Source: a virus. Taken from it: DNA of 64,000 nt. How positions within the stretch are numbered: the stretch's first letter is position 1; each line of letters starts with the position of its first letter. The notes under the pieces are model-generated. The model was given only the letters and a program-made list of their open reading frames with translations, searched no databases and was not told the DNA's origin. The DNA lies in IMG/VR virus record IMGVR_UViG_3300005264_000255, positions 1 through 64,000 of that record; one strand, 5' to 3'. This document shows, piece after piece, positions 43,001-52,604 of this stretch. Made by a program: the position numbers and the translations under genes.

Positions 43001-43065
43001 TTGAAGATGTGGATTTTGAGATAACCAGTGATGATGACATCGTTATTGATATAGTAAGTAATTAA
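40054..43065 (+). CDS. Large virion structural protein (phiKZ gp128-like) with a C-terminal internal duplication
   Basis: SKYYQNICG, YIRG, W.YGNL..M.KNIGKN and SYTI motifs; divergent from the portal gene. Confidence 0.6.
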   Translation: MITLTTYYKNILNFINSLTIKIDDIQIHQNYQTYVKYNRMVPEQSDSKYYQNICGIKNINDYTVYINAYENIELTREYLNNDYLLKERLRLFSTDFNTLCLNNPGMTDYIRGCLSDNEMSDVLDAPNYTILDYDKTFLLSNELSIISELNIYIKQYMSRFHNVKYITEELYMPSLLSGLYNALFLKVISLKVKNILSYKTDAYHREVFFKSYKSLNNEMDLFNLETNIWVYGNLKRMKKNIGKNNILDNILLTIFDNNSIGVNNIRYVSDLPTLITNNLEKYNKEYYKNNYTLLSIDANLSGYSKSNTNYPLEKLESLLYENELVGNVTSDLIIDEMDEILADKSPTTENASKLFILDTPEKLNTYYYNSLILAISNFINIKDKNMFTFTLDYRNTVDSKIYKLDMIDVENIIIYTLAKYYKMTSNEFTIKFPGVYDNPNKEVLMKKTWYKDKLTPIVDYIMNAKDLNLNIYNRETMRRKFKSIREIDTKTWYVLSNIVDNVAKTDINYLYSGLLVNKEITYDMSVIDEYLGDKDLYRLIDSNSLDIVTELLCEITGIPVDHDSLIIDKFKKTIRFFNKVTSYTIDLLLDDSFTRTDVDNNTLTNNLNLSYKSLMEVRDINCKFYEDLKFCIRDTNFLDYDIRQVRDSHIHNTNEYTELPCVLDYDRVYTIPMLTGKFSRTMGKKYTLNIDENVFSDRGIGYYNSDQLANTNEHIDYSPVVQFGSSPMTPINVTTKTNIDVHPKKYKLEYTNIEKITDHLHGVDILDTDKNNIFNIGSTDKSSLNTQSAISLLTINAKHKTFINNHYINGLKYTVPIGKELEYFENRNLLEINPHMENIPLRQIGTPSVSQFSIVTDTGTRFTTTPYKLAYINIKRIIDNLSGIHMVDINKNSIFNTGSVDNFSLSTQSPMSLISVKTKQKIFNNHYITGMQSGTYTETGITDVDTVTSNVFTDKTDSISLSSIPEIGSIPISSNIKEYPDSFEDVDFEITSDDDIVIDIVSN

Positions 43066-43074
43066 TCTTAAATA

Positions 43075-43107
43075 TATAACTATACAGGCAACGCCTGTAT
43101 AGTTATA
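43075..43107. terminator. Bidirectional hairpin
   Basis: tataactatacaggc-aac-gcctgtatagttata. Confidence 0.7.
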
Positions 43108-43759
43108 AGTCAATTTTTAAATGCATTGCGTTAAAGTATGCTTTTAGTGTATTAGTCGTTCTAGTAGGTTTAGCATATTTCAGTATAGTCTCTGTATCAA
43201 TAGTACCATACTTTTTAATACCAGATATCATTAAGTTACTGGTATCAGCATCAGCACGAAGTTGATTCATCTCTATAGCTGCTTCAGATAAGTCCATACT
43301 GACCAATAATTGTAACTCACTATTACTCATCTTACTGGATCTACTGTCACCACTAACCTGCCCAGTAATACTATCTGTACTTTTATTGTTTTCAGCAACA
43401 GAAACACCTTTATCTACAGTCTGTTTTGTTCTTCTAAAAGGTAAAATATAAATAGCATTCTTGTTAAGTGTTTTTCTAGTAGGACCATCTACAGTTTCTC
43501 TATATAGATGTTGTGTTAACGGTCTTCCAAACCTCTTTAATAGTTTTAGATTATTCTCAACACTTATATTAGATATCTTAGCATCTACAGGAACTATTAC
43601 ATTTAATATATTATCTTCTAAATTTAACATAAAAGAATCGAACTCTTTATTATTCATGCGTTTAAACATATTAGTATAGAGTTCTATGTTAATCTTATCA
43701 GCCTTCATATCACCGATAGTCTTTAAAATCTCTTTCTCAATATCTCCTCTTTTACTCAT
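43103..43759 (-). CDS. Virion RNA polymerase beta subunit, C-terminal part (phiKZ gp149-like)
   Basis: LPFRRTKQ...TGQVSGDSRSSKMSNSELQLL...E...LRAD...TLKAYFNAMHL, the beta C-terminal region. Confidence 0.78.
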   Translation of the reverse strand: MSKRGDIEKEILKTIGDMKADKINIELYTNMFKRMNNKEFDSFMLNLEDNILNVIVPVDAKISNISVENNLKLLKRFGRPLTQHLYRETVDGPTRKTLNKNAIYILPFRRTKQTVDKGVSVAENNKSTDSITGQVSGDSRSSKMSNSELQLLVSMDLSEAAIEMNQLRADADTSNLMISGIKKYGTIDTETILKYAKPTRTTNTLKAYFNAMHLKIDL

Positions 43760-43763
43760 ATTG

Positions 43764-44480
43764 TTATCCTAATGGAATATATATCACATCTTTATTAACA
43801 CTACCAACATAGGTTAGTTCTTTACTTTTATCGCTGTTATTAATGATTGTCCATAATTTAGGTATATCTAAACCACTCCAGTTAATATCAGCTGTTTTAA
43901 TAGCCAAAACATCAAGTACCTTTACATCGTGTCTTAACTGCTTAGTCGGACCGACAGCTGTGTTAAGTTGGTCAGATAAATTTGCCATACCTAATCCAGT
44001 AATATCTAATGTGATTCTTTTAATAGTTTTCCCTATAAGACTCTTAGCTACTATAATATCATTTTCGACTTGTGTCTCTGGAAATGTTAAATTACTCACA
44101 TACTTATCTGTATATCTAATAGAGTCATATATTACTATATCACTTACTAATGTTTTACGGATAAAGTCATCAGCATCAATATCTTCTATCATAGGGAGAT
44201 TAACCAATTGATTAGTTAAAGAATCAAAGAAGATTACATTATTAAAACCTTGACTATTCAATGATTTACATATATATGTTAAGTTAGTCTTAGCAATATT
44301 AGTATCCACTACATTATTTATAATATCCTCTATAACTATATCTGTAGTCTGTATTAATGAATTTTCAATGAACTTAGGAGTAAGAGTCAATATTGGTAGA
44401 AACTTTTCCTTATTAACCTTGATTACACAATTCTCTTCAGAATTAATTGTGTTTACTATTTTATAAACCTTGTTACTCAT
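43764..44480 (-). CDS. Hypothetical protein
   Basis: 238-aa ORF in the uvsX operon. Confidence 0.55.
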   Translation of the reverse strand: MSNKVYKIVNTINSEENCVIKVNKEKFLPILTLTPKFIENSLIQTTDIVIEDIINNVVDTNIAKTNLTYICKSLNSQGFNNVIFFDSLTNQLVNLPMIEDIDADDFIRKTLVSDIVIYDSIRYTDKYVSNLTFPETQVENDIIVAKSLIGKTIKRITLDITGLGMANLSDQLNTAVGPTKQLRHDVKVLDVLAIKTADINWSGLDIPKLWTIINNSDKSKELTYVGSVNKDVIYIPLG

Positions 44481-44481
44481 T

Positions 44482-44811
44482 TTACAACCTTTTATGTTTT
44501 ATTAAGAATGGTATAACAGTATCTCTCAATGAAGATAACCAGACGTTATTTGATTGTCTTAAATCAAGAAGTGCCAATGATGAAGATGCATCGCTAATAT
44601 GTAAACTTGCAGCTATGAGTACTTTACTTGTTAATATTCTATTAATAAGTATTTTCTGAATCATATCATTTCTAGTTAATACGGTTTTATCCATTATAAG
44701 CATTTCTATATATAGATTATCAGCACTGGTCTCATCTATCTCTTTAACTAGGTTTAAAAAACTATCACCAATAGTTCCTGCTACTTCCTCATTTATCTTC
44801 TTTTTACTCAT
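44482..44811 (-). CDS. Conserved hypothetical protein
   Basis: 109 aa, ATGA-coupled to uvsX. Confidence 0.5.
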   Translation of the reverse strand: MSKKKINEEVAGTIGDSFLNLVKEIDETSADNLYIEMLIMDKTVLTRNDMIQKILINRILTSKVLIAASLHISDASSSLALLDLRQSNNVWLSSLRDTVIPFLIKHKRL

Positions 44812-46139
44812 TTCTTCTCCTTAATTTCTTTTTTAAACCAATATGGTTCATATACACCAGCGGCAGCTTTTAATATATCTAATGTTGAGAATGGTAGTAA
44901 TTCTGTTTTATACTGATTGGGAGTATGCCATGTTCTAGTTTTACTTAGAATAAAATCCCAATCATAACCACGCTCTATCATTCTAGTATATAACTCCTCT
45001 GGTGTACATAGATACTTTGCGTATTGTTTCATAAATATCGTCATCTGATACATTTCACCTATAATAGTTAATGCATTTCTTAATTTAGGGTCATTATCAA
45101 TTTTACTCCTAACTGTAGTTCTACCTAATTTAACCTCAGGATAGATGGCTACAGAATAAGAAAGGTTATTTCCTACTAAACCATATTTGTTAGTTTTAAT
45201 AAGGTGAAAATATGAAAGTTCTGATAGGACACCCTCACTCTGACTAACAAGTATCTCTATGACATAACCGCTAGGTCCTGACTTACTTCTTAATTGTTTT
45301 AATTTAACTATGTTTAAATCAGTAGCTACATCTTCCTTACCCCTAGGATACTCAGGCATCTTAGTAGTATTATTCATAAAAACACTACTGTCAAATGCCT
45401 GCCAGAATGATGTCGATAAAAATAATAACTTATCTGATATACCTTTTATCTTTTGTCCTCTTTTAACATGTTGTAGTGCTTTATTTGGTTGTGGTGCGTA
45501 TGGTCCACTTGCCATGTTTATCTCATTACCAACATGTGCAGTTAAAATAAAATTAGTATCTGTGTTATATGAAAGATTTGGTAATTCTCTAACTACCTTA
45601 GTCTTGAATAATCCTTGTTGCATAAATAGAGTATTACTATTATCAACATCACCTCTTTCTACAACATCAGTAGTTTTACTAGATTCAAATTCAGAGAAAC
45701 TATCTATCTCTATAAAACTAGGTATTTTAACCTCTAAAGGTTTGTTAGTTATTCTGTTAACAAAACAGGTATATACCATCTTATTAGACTTATCTTTCTT
45801 CTTCTCTTCAGCAGCTTTATATACAAGGTCTAACCAGTCATCAGCATTCATATCAGCTTTCATTATGTATGACCATGTATCAGGGTTAAATAGTGGTTCA
45901 GGTTTGATGTATTTCATTCTTACTGATAAACTGTTTATCCTGTCTAGGTTCATAACCATATTGTTTTCAGTATCATAGGTATGCATAGTTACTTGTTTAT
46001 TATCATTTTTTAGACTGTAGTTTAATCTATCAGCAGCAGTTAACATTATGTAGTGAGATATAGTAGATTTAAAACTGTTACCTATTCCTGCTATTGCTGT
46101 TATGTTAATTGATACTGGGTTAGTTGATTTAATTTTCAT
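44808..46139 (-). CDS. uvsX: UvsX/RecA-like recombinase (phiKZ gp152-like)
   Basis: GIGNSFKS Walker A, YDTE, IDSFSE Walker B, TAHVG and RSKSGPSG motifs. Confidence 0.82.
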   Translation of the reverse strand: MKIKSTNPVSINITAIAGIGNSFKSTISHYIMLTAADRLNYSLKNDNKQVTMHTYDTENNMVMNLDRINSLSVRMKYIKPEPLFNPDTWSYIMKADMNADDWLDLVYKAAEEKKKDKSNKMVYTCFVNRITNKPLEVKIPSFIEIDSFSEFESSKTTDVVERGDVDNSNTLFMQQGLFKTKVVRELPNLSYNTDTNFILTAHVGNEINMASGPYAPQPNKALQHVKRGQKIKGISDKLLFLSTSFWQAFDSSVFMNNTTKMPEYPRGKEDVATDLNIVKLKQLRSKSGPSGYVIEILVSQSEGVLSELSYFHLIKTNKYGLVGNNLSYSVAIYPEVKLGRTTVRSKIDNDPKLRNALTIIGEMYQMTIFMKQYAKYLCTPEELYTRMIERGYDWDFILSKTRTWHTPNQYKTELLPFSTLDILKAAAGVYEPYWFKKEIKEKK

Positions 46140-46247
46140 TGAATTTCCTTTTAGTTTACTATTCAGTTAAATTAATGATGTTAAAAAAGGAAATAAACTT
46201 AGTTATTATTTTTTAATTTGAATTAAATATATAAAGGAGTTTATGAT

Positions 46248-48059
46248 ATGTTATATAATATTGGTGAATGGAAATCTGAAACAGGACTTATTCACAACAA
46301 AACATCTTGGAAATTAACCAGAGATGTGGACGGTTTAATGATTGAAGAAGAAGTTGTAGAAAGTGATACATCTCTTAATGCATGGGAAGTTAAAAAGATT
46401 ATCCCTACAGGTGAGATATGGTATGTTAGTGCCTTGAGACACTTAATAGATACTGCAGGTAATGATATATCCAATAATAAATGGATAGGACCATATCCTG
46501 TCATTAGTGATGAGTCTAATGTTAGTGACTATTTAGCTCCAGAGTTTTACATATCTGAACCTTATATAAACAAGTTGGCTTATGTACCAGGTATGGGCAT
46601 TAACTTATCTGTTAATATGTACGAGAGTAATGTGGCATATGATCGTACTCTTCTACTAATAAAGGATGATAATAACATCATTATCTATAAGGCAGAGTTA
46701 AATCTAACTAAAGATACATTGGATTATCAGATACCTATTAGTGCTTTCAATTTTACAGATAAAAATGTATTACAAATTGAAATAGTTAATATTGCTAAAC
46801 ATTCTACGGTATCTCCTATATGTAGAGAACATATTATTTTAAAAGATGTTTATTATAATATAATCGGTAATACGTTAGGACTGAATCCACTTGAATCTAA
46901 TTCGTTTACAGTTAAAGGTACAGCGTCGTTACCTGTTATTGTTAATAGTGTTAAGCTATTAAATACTAAAAGAGAGTTTATTTGTGATTGTATTATTGAG
47001 ACAGATGGTTTTACAGTTCCTGCTGTCATGACACATAACCAAAGTTACCTAGTAGAAACAGTTTTAGAGTATACTGATGAGAATATTAAAAGTAAATTAG
47101 TAACTGATTATCTTTATTTAAGTACTATGTTACTTACTGAAAAGACCAATATAGATCCTAATTATAAATACGAGTATACACTTAGTCAAGTCAAGTCGAT
47201 TAACTTGGGTACTAGTAATGATAACTTAGTTAGTGATATAGGATATAATACTGAAGAAATGTTTAGTAATCTAATACCTATTATAGGTAAGGTTAGTAAT
47301 AAGTTAGATAACTATATATATGACTCAGAATTAAATAACTTTATCGTAGGTAAATCATCTACATATGATTTTGATATGCCTCATACATTTAGATTATTAA
47401 CTAAAGATAGAGGTTACTTATCTTATAGTCTAAACGATAGACTTGTTATTGAAGTACTTAAATATGATGCCTATACAAACACCTTTACTAATCTAGTTAC
47501 TATAACTACAAATATCCGTACATCTAGTGGTAACATAGGTAAAGTTGTAGAGATGAATGATGAGTATTATGTATTTGGTTTAAATCCTGATAATACACAA
47601 GAGATAAATGTCTATAAGTTAGACATCATGTCGTTAACATTAACTTTAATTAAATCAGTGATTATAGATAAACCTTTAACCGATTTAACGGCTACTTCTT
47701 TAAGTGATACAGAAATCATTATAACACCGTTTGGGGAAGATGTTAATAGATTATATAAGTATAATATCACACAGAACAATATAGATGTTACATTAGCAAT
47801 GCCTTATAGTTTTATAGGTACTGAGCAAATGAGTGTTAAATTAAGAAATGGTAATATTCTTAATGTTAAGACTAATTATGTAACTTCTAACCTAGAAGTT
47901 TTCTATATGGATACTGTTAAAAATGTTATTGAAGATATGTCATATGACCTAGGTTTAAATGTAGGAGTTACTATCCAGAACATATCCATGTTAAGAAATG
48001 GTAAAGTACTTTTAACTACTAAAACAGATAATCATGTTTATATATATGAATTAAAATAA
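46248..48059 (+). CDS. Virion structural protein (N-terminal Ig/FN3-like, C-terminal beta-propeller-like)
   Basis: HNKTSWKL N-terminal motif, beta-rich LRNG repeats, directly upstream of the sheath gene. Confidence 0.5.
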   Translation: MLYNIGEWKSETGLIHNKTSWKLTRDVDGLMIEEEVVESDTSLNAWEVKKIIPTGEIWYVSALRHLIDTAGNDISNNKWIGPYPVISDESNVSDYLAPEFYISEPYINKLAYVPGMGINLSVNMYESNVAYDRTLLLIKDDNNIIIYKAELNLTKDTLDYQIPISAFNFTDKNVLQIEIVNIAKHSTVSPICREHIILKDVYYNIIGNTLGLNPLESNSFTVKGTASLPVIVNSVKLLNTKREFICDCIIETDGFTVPAVMTHNQSYLVETVLEYTDENIKSKLVTDYLYLSTMLLTEKTNIDPNYKYEYTLSQVKSINLGTSNDNLVSDIGYNTEEMFSNLIPIIGKVSNKLDNYIYDSELNNFIVGKSSTYDFDMPHTFRLLTKDRGYLSYSLNDRLVIEVLKYDAYTNTFTNLVTITTNIRTSSGNIGKVVEMNDEYYVFGLNPDNTQEINVYKLDIMSLTLTLIKSVIIDKPLTDLTATSLSDTEIIITPFGEDVNRLYKYNITQNNIDVTLAMPYSFIGTEQMSVKLRNGNILNVKTNYVTSNLEVFYMDTVKNVIEDMSYDLGLNVGVTIQNISMLRNGKVLLTTKTDNHVYIYELK

Positions 48060-48061
48060 TT

Positions 48062-48094
48062 TTATAAGGAATGGATAATATCCATTCCTTATAA
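48062..48094 (+). terminator. Hairpin terminator
   Basis: ttataaggaatggat-aat-atccattccttataa followed by a T-run. Confidence 0.75.
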
Positions 48095-48160
48095 TTTTTT
48101 AACTTAATACAATGATGATTTTAAATCTAATCATAAAAAATAAATAAATGAGGTAAGATT

Positions 48161-50287
48161 ATGAATGTTAATATAACTAATGCGGCTTCCCAAGTAATAC
48201 ACCTAGGTACGCTGGATAGTAGTGCGTTACCTGTTGTACCTACTACGGTTACTGTATCTACACATGTTCCTAGTGTTTTAGGATTTGGCAGTATGGGTCC
48301 TGATACTAAAGAATTTTTAGATGGTACTAGACTTAAGGCGTTATATGGTAGTGATACTTTTGATAGAACAAAAGATTTCTTTACACATACAACAAGACTA
48401 GCTGAAATTGTTACTGGTGCTGGTAACTCTATTATGTATACTAGAATTATCCCTGAGGATAACAAAACTATTGCTAATACAACATTATATTTAGATGTTT
48501 TAAAAGATACTGTAAACGTTTACAAACGTTATGCTGATGGTAGTTTTGCTTACGATGGCAATGGTGATAAGGTAGTCGATAAGACTGTTGAAGGTTATAG
48601 ATTAAAACTGATAGCTGAGTCTTCTGATACAGATGATATTTTAACTGACTTTGGTGCTAAGGTATCTAAACCAGGTTACATGACTGATATGGATGGTAAA
48701 AAATCTACTATGATTCCTATCATAGAAAGACGTGCTAAATATAAAGGTAAAACTTATAATGACTATGGTCAAGTATTCTCAGTACCTACTATAGAAGATG
48801 TAGATAATACTATTATAACTTCTAATTTAGCTTTACCATATGAATTTGGTATGTCTAAAAGAGCTGATAAAAATAGTACTGGTTATCCTGTTGCTAATAT
48901 ATTCGGTAGTAACTATAACCAATTTGTATTTATGAAAGATGCTGTTGATAATTTAGATAGTAAAGTAGATTTTACAAGTACTTGTAAAAAATGGTATAAC
49001 CTAACTAACAAGTTATATTCTTTGGTATATCCTAGAATGGAAAAACCATATGTTTATTTCAAAAACTTAGATGGTATTTTAGAAGATCTAATGGTTGCTG
49101 AAGCTGAGTATGTTAACGGTATGGTTACAGATATTGAAGGTGTAGAAACATCTACTTTTAGCTGGATGGACTTTGTAGAGGGATATACTGCTTCTGAACA
49201 ATTTCGCTTATTAAATCCTTTTACAGCTATGTCGATTAAAAAGGTACCTAACTTTACATTCTATATGGATGATAGTGTTGTTGAAATGGCTCCTAATCAT
49301 AAAGAAGCTTATTTTAGTAGATCAACTCCTATCTATTTAGATAATGGTGCTGATGGTACTCTTAGTCAAGAAAACCTTGAGAAAGGTGTTAGTTTATTTA
49401 TGGAGAAATATTTAGATCCTAACAGTAACGTTATGAGTGTTGCTAACAACCTAGAAAACGTTATGTACGATTCTGGTTTTGAAATTGATACTAAGAAAGA
49501 TTTAATTAACTTTATTAGTCTTAGAAAAGACACATTCCTAGGTTTAAGTACTAGAGTAAATTCTCTAGGTGATGATAAAGTAGATACTCTTGTTAAGCAG
49601 AGAGCTATAGGTGTTTCTTTAAAAGCTGCGTTAGCTTTAGCTCCTGAATCAGTTTTCTTTAATACAAGTGTAGCTAGAGCTATTATAGTTGTAGGTTCTG
49701 GTATAGATGTTTTAGATCCTTCTGAACATAGATATCCTTTACTTATGGATATTGTTGCAAAAGCTGCTAAAATGATGGGTGGTACTAGTTGGAAATCTGA
49801 GTTCTTATTTGATCGTGGTGGTAAGAATGAAATTATTAATTATTCAGATATTGAACCAAAAGAAATACCAGCTGGTGTAATTGCTGATTTATGGAACATT
49901 GGATTAATCTGGCCACAATACATCGATAGAGGTAAATATTGTTTCCCAGCTATGAATAGTGTTTATGATATTGACTCATCTGCATTAGGAAACTTCTTTG
50001 CAGGTATTGCTTTAACTATTACTACTAAAGAAGCTGATGCTGTTGGTAGATTATATAATGGTGACATGTCATTGAGTCCTAATGAGTTTATCGCAACTAT
50101 TGAATCTGAATTGATTACTCGTTTAGATGGAAAGTTTGGTGGTATATTACAAACATCTACTAAAGCACGTATTAGTGATTTTGATGCATTACGTGGATAC
50201 AGTTATACTGTTAATACACAATTAACTGGTGGTATCATGAAAACAGTTATGATTCACTATAACGAAATGTTAAACAACATAGAATAA
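48161..50287 (+). CDS. Contractile tail sheath protein (phiKZ gp29-like)
   Basis: LYGSDTFD...THTT, GADGT, YDSGF, PES..FNT.V.R and DALRGYS motifs. Confidence 0.82.
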   Translation: MNVNITNAASQVIHLGTLDSSALPVVPTTVTVSTHVPSVLGFGSMGPDTKEFLDGTRLKALYGSDTFDRTKDFFTHTTRLAEIVTGAGNSIMYTRIIPEDNKTIANTTLYLDVLKDTVNVYKRYADGSFAYDGNGDKVVDKTVEGYRLKLIAESSDTDDILTDFGAKVSKPGYMTDMDGKKSTMIPIIERRAKYKGKTYNDYGQVFSVPTIEDVDNTIITSNLALPYEFGMSKRADKNSTGYPVANIFGSNYNQFVFMKDAVDNLDSKVDFTSTCKKWYNLTNKLYSLVYPRMEKPYVYFKNLDGILEDLMVAEAEYVNGMVTDIEGVETSTFSWMDFVEGYTASEQFRLLNPFTAMSIKKVPNFTFYMDDSVVEMAPNHKEAYFSRSTPIYLDNGADGTLSQENLEKGVSLFMEKYLDPNSNVMSVANNLENVMYDSGFEIDTKKDLINFISLRKDTFLGLSTRVNSLGDDKVDTLVKQRAIGVSLKAALALAPESVFFNTSVARAIIVVGSGIDVLDPSEHRYPLLMDIVAKAAKMMGGTSWKSEFLFDRGGKNEIINYSDIEPKEIPAGVIADLWNIGLIWPQYIDRGKYCFPAMNSVYDIDSSALGNFFAGIALTITTKEADAVGRLYNGDMSLSPNEFIATIESELITRLDGKFGGILQTSTKARISDFDALRGYSYTVNTQLTGGIMKTVMIHYNEMLNNIE

Positions 50288-50311
50288 ATTAAATAAATAA
50301 AAGGATATGTT

Positions 50312-51106
50312 ATGGCAAGAAATAATGTTAAGACAATAAACGTAGATAACAGTTATTTAAAATCTGATGATATTAATGACTATGGTGTTACTGACTTACC
50401 TAGTATAGATATTAGACATGGTGGACAGTGGGGTAGATTACCTCGTATTGGTGGATTAGATAACGATGAAAACATTCATGAATGGATGCATGAACAACGC
50501 TATCAAAAGCGTGATGTTATTCCAATAGTACTTAACGCACCTAGAGGTTTTGATTTATTTCCTAATGGAGGTACATTTAAACAAGGTGTCAAGGCTATGC
50601 TGGAAGTTCATGCTAAAACTATTACAGGCATAGATAGCTCGTTAACTATGGAAGTTAAGGAACATGACCTAGGTATCAATGGTGGTAAGTTTAGAGAGGT
50701 CACAGGCTCTACAAGAGCCTCTACTGACATAACTATTACTGTAGAAGAAAAAGAAGGTAACCCTTTTGAAATTCTTTTAGATGTATGGTGTCGTTATCTA
50801 TTAGATGATCCAGATTTACATGCACCACTTATTACTAGATTGTTAGATATTGGAGAAATACCTGCTGTATGGTCTGATGATTATAAATCAATGACTGCCT
50901 TATTCATAGAGCCAGATGTACTATTAAGAAAACCTGTACATGCATGGTTAGTATGTAATTTATTCCCAGATACTAATCCAGACATCACTGGTAGTAAAGA
51001 CAAGATGGCTGCAAATGAGTTTAAAGATATGAAAAAAAAACAAAAAAAAACTATAACAATAGTCCTTTCGGACTATTGTTATATAATTATTACTAACCTG
51101 CAATAA
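50312..51106 (+). CDS. Tail tube protein (phiKZ gp30-like), C-terminus lost near 51030
   Basis: GGQWG, APRGF, E.H...I.G.D..L and LFIEPD motifs; the last ~25 aa read through poly-A and a terminator. Confidence 0.75.
   Translation: MARNNVKTINVDNSYLKSDDINDYGVTDLPSIDIRHGGQWGRLPRIGGLDNDENIHEWMHEQRYQKRDVIPIVLNAPRGFDLFPNGGTFKQGVKAMLEVHAKTITGIDSSLTMEVKEHDLGINGGKFREVTGSTRASTDITITVEEKEGNPFEILLDVWCRYLLDDPDLHAPLITRLLDIGEIPAVWSDDYKSMTALFIEPDVLLRKPVHAWLVCNLFPDTNPDITGSKDKMAANEFKDMKKKQKKTITIVLSDYCYIIITNLQ
51052..51083 (-). terminator. Hairpin terminator
   Basis: tataacaatagtcc-tttc-ggactattgttata followed by T9-G-T9 on the minus strand. Confidence 0.75.
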
Positions 51107-51575
51107 GTGCTTGTAATCTTTTCTCAGCATCTTTGATAACTTTTTTATGTATACCAAAACGACTAGATGTTGTTGTCATATTGATTTTAGGTCTACGTAC
51201 AATGTCTTCAGGTTTCTTACTACCAACAACCAGACTAATCTTTCTAGTCATATCGATATCATACTGGATAGTATCTTTTTTATCCAATCCAAATGGCAGT
51301 TTAGCATGAATACTTTTGTTTTCCTTATTTGCTTTATAAATACCCTCAGCAGCATCAACAATTTTTGCATAAGAAGAACTTAAATAGTCTTTATCGAATG
51401 TAGCAACTTTACTTAACGTTTCTTCATCGATACCAGCTTCTTTAGCTTTTTCAACATATAGTTTTTTATCGACAGTGATTGTTGTAACATTATCTTCAGT
51501 TTCTTGCACTAACTCTACATCTGCAAAGCTCACAGGTTTAATTTCTTCAACTTCTACTTTAACATCAGTACTCAT
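51093..51575 (-). CDS. Hypothetical early protein
   Basis: 160 aa, SD AAGGAG, CATATTAC promoter at 51630-51637. Confidence 0.6.
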   Translation of the reverse strand: MSTDVKVEVEEIKPVSFADVELVQETEDNVTTITVDKKLYVEKAKEAGIDEETLSKVATFDKDYLSSSYAKIVDAAEGIYKANKENKSIHAKLPFGLDKKDTIQYDIDMTRKISLVVGSKKPEDIVRRPKINMTTTSSRFGIHKKVIKDAEKRLQALIAG

Positions 51576-51629
51576 TGGTACTCCTTTTTTGTTTATGTAT
51601 TAACGATTATCTATAATAGACTCATTTAA

Positions 51630-51637
51630 GTAATATG
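51630..51637 (-). promoter_or_regulatory. Early promoter variant CATATTAC
   Basis: ACATATTACTTAAATGA matches the extended consensus. Confidence 0.55.
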
Positions 51638-51706
51638 TATATAAAAAAATATAGAAATAAAAAATTACTTTTATCTTGACCGTAAATATGAATATAAAGG
51701 ATTACC

Positions 51707-52583
51707 ATGTCACTAACAATACAACAAGCAATACCTCAGGGTGTGAACGATGCGTTAACTATGACAGGGAGTATAATCAAATCTGTTGATGTTGCTAGCA
51801 CTGCTGTAAGTAATATTAACAGTATAGTTGATGAGTGTACAGGTTTTAGTCTATCTGGTATGGTAGACACTAGTGGTCTGTCTGATATGTTAGATACTAG
51901 TAATCTATTAGGATTACTTGATCCAATGGATAAGTTATTAGGTAATATGTTAAACATTGATTTACCTGAGATTACTCTTGGCAAGTTAGAGTTAACTGCA
52001 CTTAAGGGACTCACTAGTGGGTTTGAATGTGCCTATAAAAATTTAGCTAATCCAATTAATAAAAGTTTATCTTTTATGGATAATTATGATAAATTAACAA
52101 ACATTAATTGTCAGGATAGTAGTGCTAACACTGATACCCCTACCAGTAGACATAATGCACTAAAAGCAGCTGCAGGTATGGTCATTACTTAGTACTGTAG
52201 TTAGTGATAAGTTTGATTTAAATGTAAGTAGTAGCTTATTAGACGATGTTAGTTTAAAGAGTTTTTTACCTGAACTTATAGCCCTAGATGAAAAACCTAT
52301 TAGTAGTATATTTAAAATTGATAATAGTGCTAAGTTATTACCTGATAAATCTTCTATGTTAAATTTCGGAGTAGACCTATCTACTCCCTACACGATGGCT
52401 ATTGAAACAAGTCCTAAGATACAAGAAATAAGTAGATTAGCCACAATGGATTCTAACTTGTCAATGCCATCTTTACCTAAGGTAGGTAGTTTAGGAATTG
52501 GACAAAAACTACATAGTATAAATATTGCTAGTAAAATAACTAAACCGCCTAGTTTTGGTTCATTAAAATCTATGATAGCTTAG
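51707..52583 (+). CDS. Probable single structural gene split by a frameshift near 52165-52190
   Basis: The frame of 52356-52583 is open from 52164 (SLLSTVVSDKFDLN...) and overlaps the end of 51707-52192. Confidence 0.5.
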
Positions 52584-52602
52584 GAATTATCCCTAAGCTA
52601 TC
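52574..52602. terminator. Bidirectional hairpin
   Basis: gatagcttagg-N7-cctaagctatc. Confidence 0.6.
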
Positions 52603-52604
52603 TA

